A stretch of 63,316 bases of DNA, counting the filler, from Nemertoderma westbladi (taxonomy: Eukaryota; Animalia; Xenacoelomorpha): NCBI GenBank assembly GCA_032718475.1. It is 4 parts of 4 records of this genome, joined end to end, with 100 filler letters (N's around TTAATTAATTAA, not from the genome) between each part and the next. Parts side by side here need not be neighbours in the genome. Positions count along the whole stretch, not along the records: positions 18,831 to 48,034 come from JAUCBJ010000956.1; 3 more parts are not named here. The stretch is one strand, 5' to 3'. This document shows, piece after piece, positions 25,935 through 37,211 of this stretch. The notes below the pieces were generated by a model, which did not search any database, had not been told where the DNA came from, and was given only the letters and a program-made list of their open reading frames with translations. How positions within the stretch are numbered: position 1 is the stretch's first letter; each line of letters begins with the position of its first letter. The position numbers and the translations under genes were made by a program.

Positions 25935-26636
25935 GGGTTCTACAAACACCCTACTGCAGACCGCGCATTTGGTATCCATGCATTCTTCGCTACAACGTGG
26001 TTGGTGTGCGCCTACATACAAATAGTGCACTTGACTGCTACTAAGTTCCACAGAACATTTGGATTTATCACAATAGCAGCGTACATGCTACATGTTGCAG
26101 GAGCAATCACTACTCTTATAACTGATATCGAGCAGCACACATTGCTCAACAAATTAATCTTATTCACTTCCGTTTATCGGTCCACTACATTGGTGGTACA
26201 TGGAGTATATTACGCCATTTCTGGAAGGCTTATCAAACACAAACATTGTCTTGCCCAAGCCTTCATATGGTCATTAGAAGGAGCTGGAAGTATTCGAACT
26301 ATAACATCCATACAAGTTCTATTTGGCTTTGGGCCGGTGTTTTGCCAATGTGAATTTAAAAGTGTTGGAGATCATTGTGATTGGTCATATACATGGAGGA
26401 TGTGTTGGACAGCAATATTAACGTTTCTACTTTGTACCGTTTACATTTTAGCTCAGAAAGAACCATCTTTGTCAAGAGAATTATACCAGGATTCACTGGG
26501 GTCCATATGGCGACTTCTCGTTTTAATCAGCTGTTTTGCTTTAGGTTGGAGTCAAACAGATGCTTTAATATTAATTATTGTATTTGGAATATCGTCATCA
26601 ATACTGGCCTACAGTATTCATCCACTAAAAGGGTAA
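25935..26636 (+). CDS. Intronless multi-pass membrane protein segment, DUF2306-like; N-terminus missing
   Basis: 233 open codons from GGG at 25935 (GFYKHPTADRAFGIHAFFATTWLVCAYIQ...FHRTFG...KHKHCL...SIR). Several hydrophobic helices, with H..., Q..., HRxxG and H motifs spaced as in DUF2306-type proteins. Family call from memory only. Confidence 0.55.
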   Translation, partial: GFYKHPTADRAFGIHAFFATTWLVCAYIQIVHLTATKFHRTFGFITIAAYMLHVAGAITTLITDIEQHTLLNKLILFTSVYRSTTLVVHGVYYAISGRLIKHKHCLAQAFIWSLEGAGSIRTITSIQVLFGFGPVFCQCEFKSVGDHCDWSYTWRMCWTAILTFLLCTVYILAQKEPSLSRELYQDSLGSIWRLLVLISCFALGWSQTDALILIIVFGISSSILAYSIHPLKG

Positions 26637-29105
26637 TGGCTTTTCTACTTTAAAAGATATTTTGTTAAAAAATTGCGATAGATAACTAAATAATATTTTG
26701 GCTCTATCAATCGCATGTTAACAAACTTATATTTAAATTTTAAAGCAGCAGTTTGGTCTAGTGGTAACATTCACGGGCTTCCAATAATTGTGAAGCTCTG
26801 GCCCGAGTAACTCAAAAAATCTTGAGATTGACCTTGAAATCCACTTCAAGGTCACCTTGAAACTCAAATTTTACCTTGACTAAGATTTTCTTGAGTTTAT
26901 ATCAAGCGGGTAACTCAAAGCAATACTTATTCAAGGTGAAACTTCAAAATTACCGTTGCAACACTTTGGCAATTGTATGTGCGATAACACGTCGGAACTT
27001 TATAAACAGTTGTTTTTGGTTAGAAGGCTGTATGTATATAGTTTACCGACTACAGTAGCCTGTAAGGGTGAGCAATGTGGTAGGCCCTACTTAAGGGGGG
27101 GTGGGGTATTTTTCGATACCACATTTTTTGCAACCAGAATGTTCATTTTTAATCATATTTTCGGCCACATTTTATGTTTAGCAGCTGCACAGCTTTACAT
27201 AAACAAGTGCCGGTATATCAGCTGGCAGTGCTAATTAATACAACTCTATGTTCTTTCCTTTTTTAATGTAATGCACGCAATTTTTACTGAGTTACGTATT
27301 AATTTTCAAAAGGATTTTTATATGCGTGCTTGTTTATCTTTAAATAATAATGTGTGCAAAGTAATCCTTTACACGATCTCAGTACGAGTCGGTTTTTAGA
27401 TATATAATAATATATACTGTAATATATATATATTATATGAATAATAATATAATTAGGCCTATTATTTATAAAATTGAAAGAATAAATAAATCCCAACAAT
27501 TGTATAAATTTATTGTATTATACTGTAGATACAGTACATGTTACACTGTACTGTTAGTAACTTGAAACATTTATTCACTCTGCGGGTTTAATGTAAGGAG
27601 ATTAGACCTTTAAACAACTCGGGTTTGTTTACTGTTGCATTTTTACTTTTCGGAATTTTCATTTAAGTTATTTCACAAATCCTAATATACAATCCCTGAA
27701 TTTTCACTGATTCGTCTTATTTTTACAACAATTCCCTGACATTTGCCTGGCCATGACCTACTATACTGTAGATACGACCCGCCAAGCTGCTGCAAAGCCC
27801 CCAAATCTAGTGGGCCAGTTATTTATATTAGATAAAACCCCTGAAACAATAGGTCTAGCGCGTCGAAAGTACTTGTCCCTAAATTAAAATTATATTCTCT
27901 TTCAGATGAGACATATAAAAATTGAATAGCTCCAGTAGTTTTCGAGATATGAGGCATTCCTGGCACCCATACCATATCAACACCTTTCGGAATTGATAAA
28001 ATTACACAAAATACTGTACATCACCCTTCAAGACTTTGGTAAAACCCTTAAACTATAGTACTATGCTTTTTGGATAGTACTGTACTCGAATCTGGACCGA
28101 ACTATGGACCGAACTGAACTAAACTGGATCGAATGTGTGGCGAACTGGACCGCCAAATGAAAGATAATCTAAAAACAACCATCCATGCAGACAGGTGAAA
28201 ATTAATATTGAATTTCATTTGGTCTTTTCATACATTGTAAATTTAGTTGCTTATAAGATGTCGCTAAATTAAGATTACTTACTTCACATAAAACACTGAT
28301 GTACTGCTTTTACCAGTAGGCCTACCGGAAGCACGTACCTGCGTTTATAGATTGCAGTATTTTGCGCACCGGTAGTTGTATTCAATGCAGCTGTAAAAGC
28401 TTCTGTGGGATATAACTGGCCCTTTTGCTTCGCAATCCAGTTTCCCCCTAGGCGCTGGAATACTCTAAAAAGGTTCTCTAACTGTATATATATTCCCCTC
28501 GCCCGCAAGGTACCTTTACAGGTGTTTTAACGGACATAAAAGTCATTCTGCTATATACGTGTTTTAGCGGACATGGTAAGGCAAAAAACCTGCAATGCGA
28601 CAAATACCTTTCATAGCTTAGCCGTGATGATTCATATTACGACATCTAACAGCTGGTTGCTGACATGGAAACAGCCATTGGACGCATGGTTCTTTGTTTG
28701 GCTTGAGCCAATCAGAGCAATTTTTCCTGTCGACGTGTAGCTTTTCGGTCGATCATAAGGAGAGTGTTCAGTCTTACTGTTTTTTCTTGATACTTTGTTG
28801 TTATTGCTGTCTAGGCCAGAAACAACGGCTCTAGAGTCAATTCGTTTCATACTTTAAGAAGAAGCATTAGTAGGCTTAAATTATAGAGCGTATGACTGTT
28901 ATCAGTCAAATCCATTCACAATTCAATACTTTGTTGTTATTACTGTTCAACATACATTATTATACTGCTATTACTGTTGTGTTTGGTTGAATATTATTTG
29001 GAGAACATATATAAAGAACCCAAATTTCCCAATTTTCTTGATACACTACAGGTTAGAGAGACGGGTTATATATAGCGATTGCGACTTATATTGTTGTGGT
29101 TTGTA

Positions 29106-30359
29106 CAGTCCCTATCTCATTCTGAATATTATTTCTCAAACTGGGTATCATTTCTCAAACCTTTTACTAATGATAGTCAACGGAGAATTTCAGTAGGTAA
29201 GACTGGGGTAAGAGTTGAGAAATCAGAAAGATGCAGCCAGCTCAATCTAACTCAAACTAGAGTCTGGCGCCTTGGTTTGAGTTAGGTTGACTTCCAACTG
29301 TGTCATACTCAGCATTACTCTTCCTGTACGGGATGGATAATTACTCTGGTTGAGTGAGGCACCACATGGGGAAGGGGCCTCTGTCTGTTGCTTGGGCTCT
29401 TGAGTTAATGGGTTGAATTACATAAGCTGGGCAGGCCGGCTTGCCTGTGCCTCATAAAAGACATGTCAATCAAGCAGTTCCTTTGTGGGCTTTACTAAAT
29501 GTATGTTGTTAACTAAACCACACTGGCTCGGTCTGTTTGTAGAGAAAGTTTTAATTCTGGGAATATTGTTGTGGGAAATTGGTGTTCTGTTGTCTGTCTG
29601 TTTGATGTCAATTGGTGCCTTACAAGACATATCAGTTTAACAATCTAATGGTTAATTAAGAATTATTAGTGCATATGGGACCTCGCAACACCCCCCCCCC
29701 CCCCCCTCCTCCCATAAATATGGCCCTGTCTATAATTACAGAGGTTTCCTCTGGCCCCTTTGCCCCGTATACCCACACCCGGATGTATTGCGAATAATTG
29801 TGTTGACGATGTAATAGAGAATTAATCATTAGTAAAACATTAAAGTTAAACATTAGAAACATTAGCGAAACATACGCGACATTAAAATAAATTTATTAAA
29901 TTGGTTGGTTATATTATATGGTTATATTTTAATGTAAAATAACGTTAATATGTTATGAGTCATACATACTTAATAAATGTAATAAAAATTAATAATTCTT
30001 CAGTTTAATAATTTTTTAGCATATAATTTTTTTATTCTGAAATTTAAAAATAAATTGAGTCACTGAGTCTGCAACTTAATTCTCACTGTCTACTGGAGTT
30101 AATTACACACAAACAAATCAAGTTTAGGGAATGTTATAACAGCAGGAGACCATAAAGTACCCGTAGGCAGAGTATAACAGAAGCGAGTGGGCCATTAAAC
30201 ACAGACAGCTTGTTGTATGAATGCTACACAGTGCACAGTGGGTGGTTACGCGAGTTTGAGTTGGATTTGAGTAAACCAGACAGGTTTGAGTTAGTAAGAG
30301 TGAGGTAAGAGAAAAGGTACCCAGTTTGAGAAACAGTATCTAGAATGAGATAGGGACTG
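29106..30359. mobile_element. Non-autonomous DNA transposon, Tc1/mariner-like
   Basis: TA|CAGTCCCTATCTCATTCT...AGAATGAGATAGGGACTG|TA; imperfect TIRs of about 50 bp. Confidence 0.85.
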
Positions 30360-30944
30360 TAGTGAATTTAATGCTATTTGATAAGCACTACATTGGTCCG
30401 TTGCTGTTCTCTTTATATATGATAAAATTCATTGACGGTCGGCAAATTAGTGAGCAGTATTGTGTGTTACCGGTAGTGTGCATGATTGTGATTGATAACT
30501 AAGCATTTCCTAAAGAATGCGCCTCATACGTGAATCTTAAGCCTTACCGACTTACCATTGTGATTAGTATAAGTCATATCTCTGTCTATCTAGATAGAGC
30601 GCCACGTCCTAAAGGAACTGTTAATATTTCCCGAAAGTAAATAATATTAGTCAGAAATTAATTATTAACGATCAATCGAATAATACAATACCGTAAGCTT
30701 CACTGCAATAATAATTTAAGCCGACAGAATCCAGTCTCCCGGGATTATCCAGCGGGTGAATGGACGCGCACTAGGCTGGCTTCTGCTAATGTTGTGTTTA
30801 TTGGTATAAAAAATTTGTCTTCTTCTAAAGTATATTTATAAACCAAAAGACATATAAATTTTGGCAGGTTAAACTGCTAAAGGTCTTCAAAAGCGCGTAC
30901 AATAACAGTCATTGACTTCATTGCAGTAAGCAATAAAGTTGAAA

Positions 30945-31095
30945 GTACCGGTCAACCGGTAAACCTGAACCGGTACTTCTGTAGGTCAGTAGGCCCAACT
31001 GCCAGAATCAGTACTGCTGTAGGTCCGTAGGTCCAACTGCCAGAACCGGTACTTCTGTAGGTCTGTAGGCCCAACTGTCCTAACCGGTACTTCCA
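30945..31095. repeat. About 38-bp tandem repeat (CCGGTACTTCTGTAGGTC..TAGGCCCAACTGCCAGAA)
   Basis: Three full units plus partial units. Confidence 0.75.
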
Positions 31096-31239
31096 GTATA
31101 AGTACATTAGTATTATTCGATTTGATTATTGTATACTGGTAGGTCTTGATATTTAATCAGGGACTGCAGCCCTGGTTTTTTATTGAGATTTTACTTATTT
31201 CTGTCGGTTTTATTTATATGTAAGTTAATATTGAGCTGA

Positions 31240-31775
31240 AGACGTGTAAGTCTGCTCAGATTGTTCAGATAATTGTAGGCCGGACTGTTGTCAGATTGTT
31301 GTTGGGTTTGGAGAGATTACGGCGTGTGTGGAGTTTGTCCGATAGAGTGCCAGTTAGTAAGTTGGGGCAGCCATTGCTGTAAGGTCAATCCCCTCTTAAA
31401 GAATAAGTCGTACTACCGTGTTAGAACGCATACTAACTAACAATTTTGGAATCTGCACATACTGTAGTTTATTTAGGCTTGACAGTATTCTGCCAGCGTT
31501 TTGGCTTGTGTTTGTTTGTGTAGTCTGTTCAGGTACCGTAATCGTTATTACTCAGATATTTTGTAGGCTGGATTGTTGTCTAGCTATTATTAGGTCTGAA
31601 GAGATTGCTGCTTGTGTAGAGTTTGTCTGATAAAGTGCCAGTTAGTAAGTTGGGGCAGTCATAACTGTAAGGTCAATCCCCTCTTAAAGAATAAGTCGTA
31701 CTACCGTGTTAGAACGCATACTAACTAACCGTTTTGGAATCTGCACATACAGTAGTTTATTTAGGCTTGGTGGTA
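31240..31775. repeat. About 289-bp direct duplication; the second unit is split by the CACTG element and resumes at 40221
   Basis: 31331 matches 31620 onward (GAGTTTGTC..GTGCCAGTTAGTAAGTTGGGGCAG...). TTAGGCTTG...TCTGCCAGCG is contiguous at 31473-31498 but split at 31775/40223. Confidence 0.8.
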
Positions 31776-32825
31776 CACTGTAAACAGGTTTCATGAATTG
31801 ACACCAACAATGTTGTGGCTTTTCATGGTGTAATGAATTTCACCGCATTTATAAAGTTTTCACCTTGACATCTTTATGGTTAAGTAAATTCATAAATAAT
31901 TTATGGTGAAATTGAATTACCCCCTTAATTTTAATCTTAAATATTTTATGGTGAAATCCGACTTCCAATTTTCACCTTAAAAATATTATGCAGTTTGAAG
32001 GCAACAATTAGTTATCACTTTGACCATAACATTATTGTGTTTGGATTTTTTAGTCTGTAGAGGTTTAGTTTGCCCTTGGCGCCAAATTTCAAAATCACAT
32101 ACAGCATACAGCCATCATAAGCAGTTAGGCCTTCACCTGTTCCAGTTCATGCATAAAGGTACTAAGCTGCTAAGGGGGCCGGTAGTGCAGTATTACCATA
32201 CCAGTAGTTGCCTGTCATTGTCAGACTGTCACCCTGACATTTTGTAAGATACTGTCTGACTGTAGTTTTCAAGACCTCATACAGTTATACAGTCTGCAGT
32301 CATTGGCCTACCAGCCTACTGCAGTACCTCTGAACCTGTACCGGGACCGGCATAGGCCTACAGCTGTACAGATACCGGTAGTTCAGTAACTGCGGTAGTT
32401 GTATGTTAGAGCAGTAGAGTGCGCGCTTTTGAAAGCACTGCGCGCTCGTTTTGCAAGTTTTCAACTTCCAGAGTTCGTGGCATAGGCCACCTAGGCCTAT
32501 GTCACTCAAGCAGTCAAGCACTTAGTAAAATCCAGGAGCCTGGCTGCCTGGCAGCCTGGTGAGTTCAGGAGTTGGAAAAGACTGAAAGATGAAGAAAGTA
32601 AAACCATTAATTCTAACACCAATTTCTGAATTATTCAATCGATGTAGGCCTATAAGTTTACATCATATCCATCACTAACTGACTAACTCACTACAGCACT
32701 ATGCACATGTTGCTCTCCTATCAGCCTATTAGTCAGTAAGTGGATAAATTTTCCGTGTTGAGGTCTACTGCAGTACCTGAGTACCGTACTGATCATTTGG
32801 ATATAACCGGATATAATGTGTGGAC

Positions 32826-33630
32826 TAGGGCTCGATCGGAGCTCCGGCCTCCGGCTCCGGCTCCGGCCATTTTGGCACCTCCGGCTCCTGCTCCGGCTCC
32901 GGTAAAAATATTGCCGGAGTTAATTTTTTAATAGGCCTAAAGTATTATATTTCGTGCATATTCTAATCTGAACAATTATTTAACACTATACAGCTATAAG
33001 TACTGTAGTACAGCTTCAATATCAAGTATAATCTGATAATACTGCAGTATTTACTTAAAGTCATTTACTTAAAGACTGACTGTACTGCAGTACTGGTACT
33101 GGCCAGCTGGCTGACTAGCAGACAGGCTGACAGGCAGACTATTACAGATAGGCCCTAACGTTAAAAAATTGTAAATGCTATGATTGTACACTGTCAGACT
33201 GTACCACTGCAGCCATTTACTGCTGACATGCCAGCATACTGTACTGCAGTACTGGTACACGTACGGTAGGCTACCTACAGTACAAGCAGACAAGTACACA
33301 CCTCTACCACAGTTAGACAGTTTAGCGAGGTAGGTACTGTAGGTAATTTTTAGCCGTCAGCGTCAGGCCGTCGCCGTCAGCATCAGGCCGTCGCCGTTAA
33401 ATTAATTACTTAAATTTTAAATTGAAAATTCGTAAATCTATAAATTATGAAATTAATTAGACCTACAGTATGATTGATTATGAGCGATTGGCGAACGATA
33501 ACCATACTTTATTTTTTTTAAATAAATAATTAAATTTTTAAAATTTTTGAAAAACTCCGGCTCCGGCCAAATTGTCCAACTCCGGCTCCTGCTCCGGCTC
33601 CGGCCAAATCCCAACTCCGATCGAGCCCTA
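32826..33630. mobile_element. hAT-type non-autonomous element
   Basis: TIR TAGGGCTCGATCGGAG; perfect 8-bp TSD GTGTGGAC; subterminal (CCGGCT)n. Confidence 0.92.
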
Positions 33631-34147
33631 GTGTGGACCTTGAAACTCCAAAGTACTGAAGTACAGAAGTAAAATGAGTGACTACCGGCGCGAAATGAAA
33701 TGGCCGGGCTTGGCGCTTTAGAAGTTTCTGTCAATAGCGGAAAACGTAAAGGGGATACTCATAAGTCATAAGGGGATTAAGAAAGCAATTCGTGGAGTCG
33801 TCAACTTTTTGCCAGAACCGACTGTCACCGTATCAACTGAAGTTGAAACCGCAACTCGCTTACAATCTGTTGATCCAAAAACTGCTGACGACTGCAGGTG
33901 GCAGGCAGGACTGGACCCAACTTTTGGCTGAATATAAGTCGACTTTGTCTATGCGCCGCCAGTACGTTGTGGCTGGGAACAACAGTGTTGTGGAGATTCT
34001 TAGAAAGTGGTCATCTTTGGTTGAACTTCCCGTCTGCCCGTGGTTAGTATGATAATTAAACTATATGCTTTCAGGGTTTCTGGCTAAATAATTATTTAAT
34101 TTTCATAGTTTAATAGGGATCATAACATTAATACAGTAATATACACC

Positions 34148-34444
34148 ATGACCCAGAATATAGTGTCGTAATTCAATGACACGAGCCCCCCCCCCCCCCC
34201 CCCCCTAATTTTTTTTACAAATCTGGAAGAATAATTGCAGTACGACTGGTACAATATCGACGGAGACACTTTTTTTAAACGCTTGTAGCTAAAGATTGAA
34301 AGCAAAAAAATTCTGACTCACCCACGGAGGAGGAGGGAGATGAAACTAGCTCTGTTTCAAATTTCTTGCAATCTCATTAAGATTTGTAGACAAATAAGGG
34401 GGGGGGGGTCACTCACTGAATTACGACACTATATTCTGGGACAT
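34148..34444. mobile_element. MITE
   Basis: CCCAGAATATAGTGTCGTAATTCA inverted against TGAATTACGACACTATATTCTGGG. Confidence 0.8.
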
Positions 34445-34689
34445 TTATCTAATTATATTTATTAGGGATGTCCCGGAATTCCGTTCCGGCCGGAATTCCG
34501 GCTGTTTTTGCCCGATTCCGGTTCCGGCCGGAATTTTACCGGAATTACCAGGTTCCTAACTAGTTTGATAGTTGCAATTAGTTTGTTAAATTATTATCAC
34601 ATTTATATATTTTTTAAACATTATTACCAATTATATCGTTTAAGATACTTTTCAACACTTGTAAAAAAGTATAGTGCAAAAAGTATAGT

Positions 34690-34865
34690 TTTCTTCGACC
34701 GTTAGAGCTCTAACATTTAAGGATGAAAGGCATAGATACCCCATGGTTAGCCCCTTCAAACCACTCGTGCCGAATCGAAAACTGCCTTGGCCCACATGCT
34801 GGGATCGAACCCACAACCTCCAGATGATTGGAATTCAATGCAACCACTATATACACCAAGGTGGA
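34690..34865 (-). mobile_element. Degenerate tRNA-derived SINE head
   Basis: Minus strand has an A-box-like TGGTGTATATAGTGG and a B box GGTTCGATCCC at tRNA-like spacing; no full cloverleaf. Confidence 0.45.
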
Positions 34866-35322
34866 ACCTAACTAACCTATCTAACGAGGGAAAATTCACA
34901 GCCACCCTGTTTAGTTTATTAAAGTGAATGCAGTCTTGATGGGTATGTAACACATTTCCAAAAAAAATTCACCTGGTAATCAAACTAAAATGGTACTACC
35001 ATCTATTACACCACCTACTGTAGTATTCATATACAATTCATAACCGGTTTAATTTACATTAACTAATTAAACCCTTCGTCGTTCTGAAGATATTTCATAA
35101 AATGCATCATTAGGCCCGTGCTCCACTGGTAAGGTGCTTAGTCAGAATGGCAAAATGAATGGCTCCTTGCTCCATTGGTAACACAAGTCATAAGTCAATT
35201 GATAAAAAATATAAGATGCGTGTCTCACATTTACTGCATATTTATACCCAAAGTAACCAATCACAGGCATCTTTGGCGGATATAACACATGATTCTTTGT
35301 CAAAAGATGGAACATGTCTGAC

Positions 35323-37211
35323 TAGGGCTCAACAGAAGCTTCGGCTTCGGTTCGGTTCGGGCCGAAGTTTGTCAATTTCGGTTCGGTTCGGCTTCTGCAA
35401 TTGATACTGCAGAAGCCCGGAGCAAACTTTGCTAAATATTCCAAGTATTACATTGACTGATTGAGCTAAGACCAGAAGACAGTAAGACTAATCAATCTGT
35501 CCATCGTTGTACTAATTAATTTTAGAATGTAAACGTTAAGCAGACACTGGTGCAGAGCAGACAGTGGTGCAGACAATGGTGCAGACAGTGGTGCAGACAC
35601 CGGGTGCAGACAGTGGTGCACGCACTGGTGCAGACAGTGGTGCAGACCCAGATGCCAGACAGTGGTGCAGACATTGGTGCAGACAGTGGTGCAGACAGTG
35701 GTGCAGACAGTGGTGCAGACAGTGGTGCAGACAGTGGTGCAGACAGTGGTGCAGACAGTGGTGCAGACAGCTGGTGCAGACAGTGGTGCAGACACTGGTG
35801 CAGACAGTGGTGCAGACACCTGGTGCAGACAGTGGTGCAGACACTGGTGCAGACAGTGGTACAGACACCTGGTGCAGACAGTGGTACAGACACTGGTGCA
35901 GACAGTAAAGGGGCGAGCAGGTTAGTAAAGTAGCAGGTTTCAGAGGAGTATTGGGGGAACCAAAACAATAAACGTTATTGTTTTGCGGGCTAAGAATACC
36001 CAAGGGCCAAGAATACTCGCAGGCTAAGAATACTCGCGGGCTAAGAATTACTGAGACCTTACTGTAGTTAGTGAATGTATATCCCCAGCATGAGACAATA
36101 ACTTAATGAGCTCGTTTTATTATACAGTAATAAGCAGTGGCTCCAGTAAAGGTAAACAAATTAAACATACTCTGTATAATTTACAATTTATAGACATTAT
36201 TGTTTATATGAAAACGAGAATACCGATTAATTACTTTCGTACACACCTCTTCAGCTCTTATAATTATTTGTAATCAGGGCACATTCACCCGCACGCACCC
36301 CGACTTGTACTACATACGTCCTCCCTACTTCATGTAGAACCTTTCAGTAGTTACTCGCATATTTGTAGATAATAAAGTCTATGATAAAATATAATATAAT
36401 AGTGCCTGGTGCCCTGGTGGTATTATGTTTCGTGGTACTCTGGCATTTCAGTATTTTCACCAGGTGTCTGCTCCACTGTCTGCACCAGTGTCTGCACCAC
36501 TGTCTGCACGCTGCACCACTGGCCGCACCAGGTGTCTGCAGTCTGCACCACTGTCTGCTTAACGTTTACACCCTTAATTTTGGACTGAACTTCCATTTAA
36601 ATGGCTTTTTTTTAATTTTTTTCAGGTTACTTGGGTAGTTTGAAAATTAGCTTAATTATACAGTAGTTTAGGTTAGGCTAAATATTGCCATTTTACTTTG
36701 TAGTACCCTATTTTTTAATTAATCATAACTTTGCTACATAATACCTAATATACCTACTACCTCATATAAATAGTATTACAAAGACTACCTCCTGTACTTT
36801 TAGTGAGGTTTTCTAAATTTGACGTCACTACTGTACGGTTTACTACAGGTGAAAATGTGGTACATACAGTAAGTGCATGCATACAGTAAGTATACAGTAG
36901 TTTAGGTTAGTAATGTACAGTAATGTAAATATTGCCATTTTATTTTGTAGTATTTATTTTTTTAATTAATCATAGCTTTCTCGCTAAGTCCGTTGTTTAA
37001 TTAATCATAGCTTTCTCGCTAAGTCCGCAGACCAAATAGGTACCAGTCTGCCACTGCCAGTCAGCCAGTATAGTGACGTAAATACGAATTTATGACCATT
37101 ACTTGCTAACTTTCTGAACTTCGGTTCGGATTCGGTTCGGTTCGGCCCGAAGTTGGCCCTGCTTCGGTTCGGTTCGGTTCGGCCCTGTAAAGTGCCTTCT
37201 GTTGAACCCTA
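35323..37211. mobile_element. hAT-type non-autonomous element
   Basis: TIR TAGGG(C/T)TCAACAGAAG; 8-bp TSD TGTCTGAC; subterminal (TTCGG)n. Confidence 0.92.
35525..36572. mobile_element. Foldback element with 13-bp (TGGTGCAGACAG-type) repeat arms
   Basis: TGTAAACGTTAAGCAGACA...TGTCTGCTTAACGTTTACA; tandem repeats at 35541-35905, inverted copies at 36458-36560. Confidence 0.8.

Noticed and set aside
21258-25942. Inverted GACCTTT(A)GGG.TTC match at about 21260 and 25926, suggesting a recombinase-mediated inversion that would join minus-strand ORF 21306-21536 to the membrane ORF
   Set aside because: Only about 13 matching bases with a gap, and the joined frame needs a frameshift and two stop repairs. 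The CACAG terminus explains the 25920 boundary more simply. Revisit only if homologs of the membrane protein match the 21306-21536 peptide.
28632-28850. 72-aa minus-strand ORF as a gene
   Set aside because: No recognisable motif or splice context; within chance expectation.
34790-34865. Functional tRNA gene
   Set aside because: A- and B-box-like motifs are present but there is no convincing acceptor or anticodon stem; treated as a SINE remnant.
35466-36003. Six overlapping ORFs (CTTV/HHCL/SAPL/GADS repeats)
   Set aside because: Translations of a stop-free short tandem repeat; the same applies to the ORFs over 2770-3228, 9653-9936, 11376-11776 and antisense 62518-63049.
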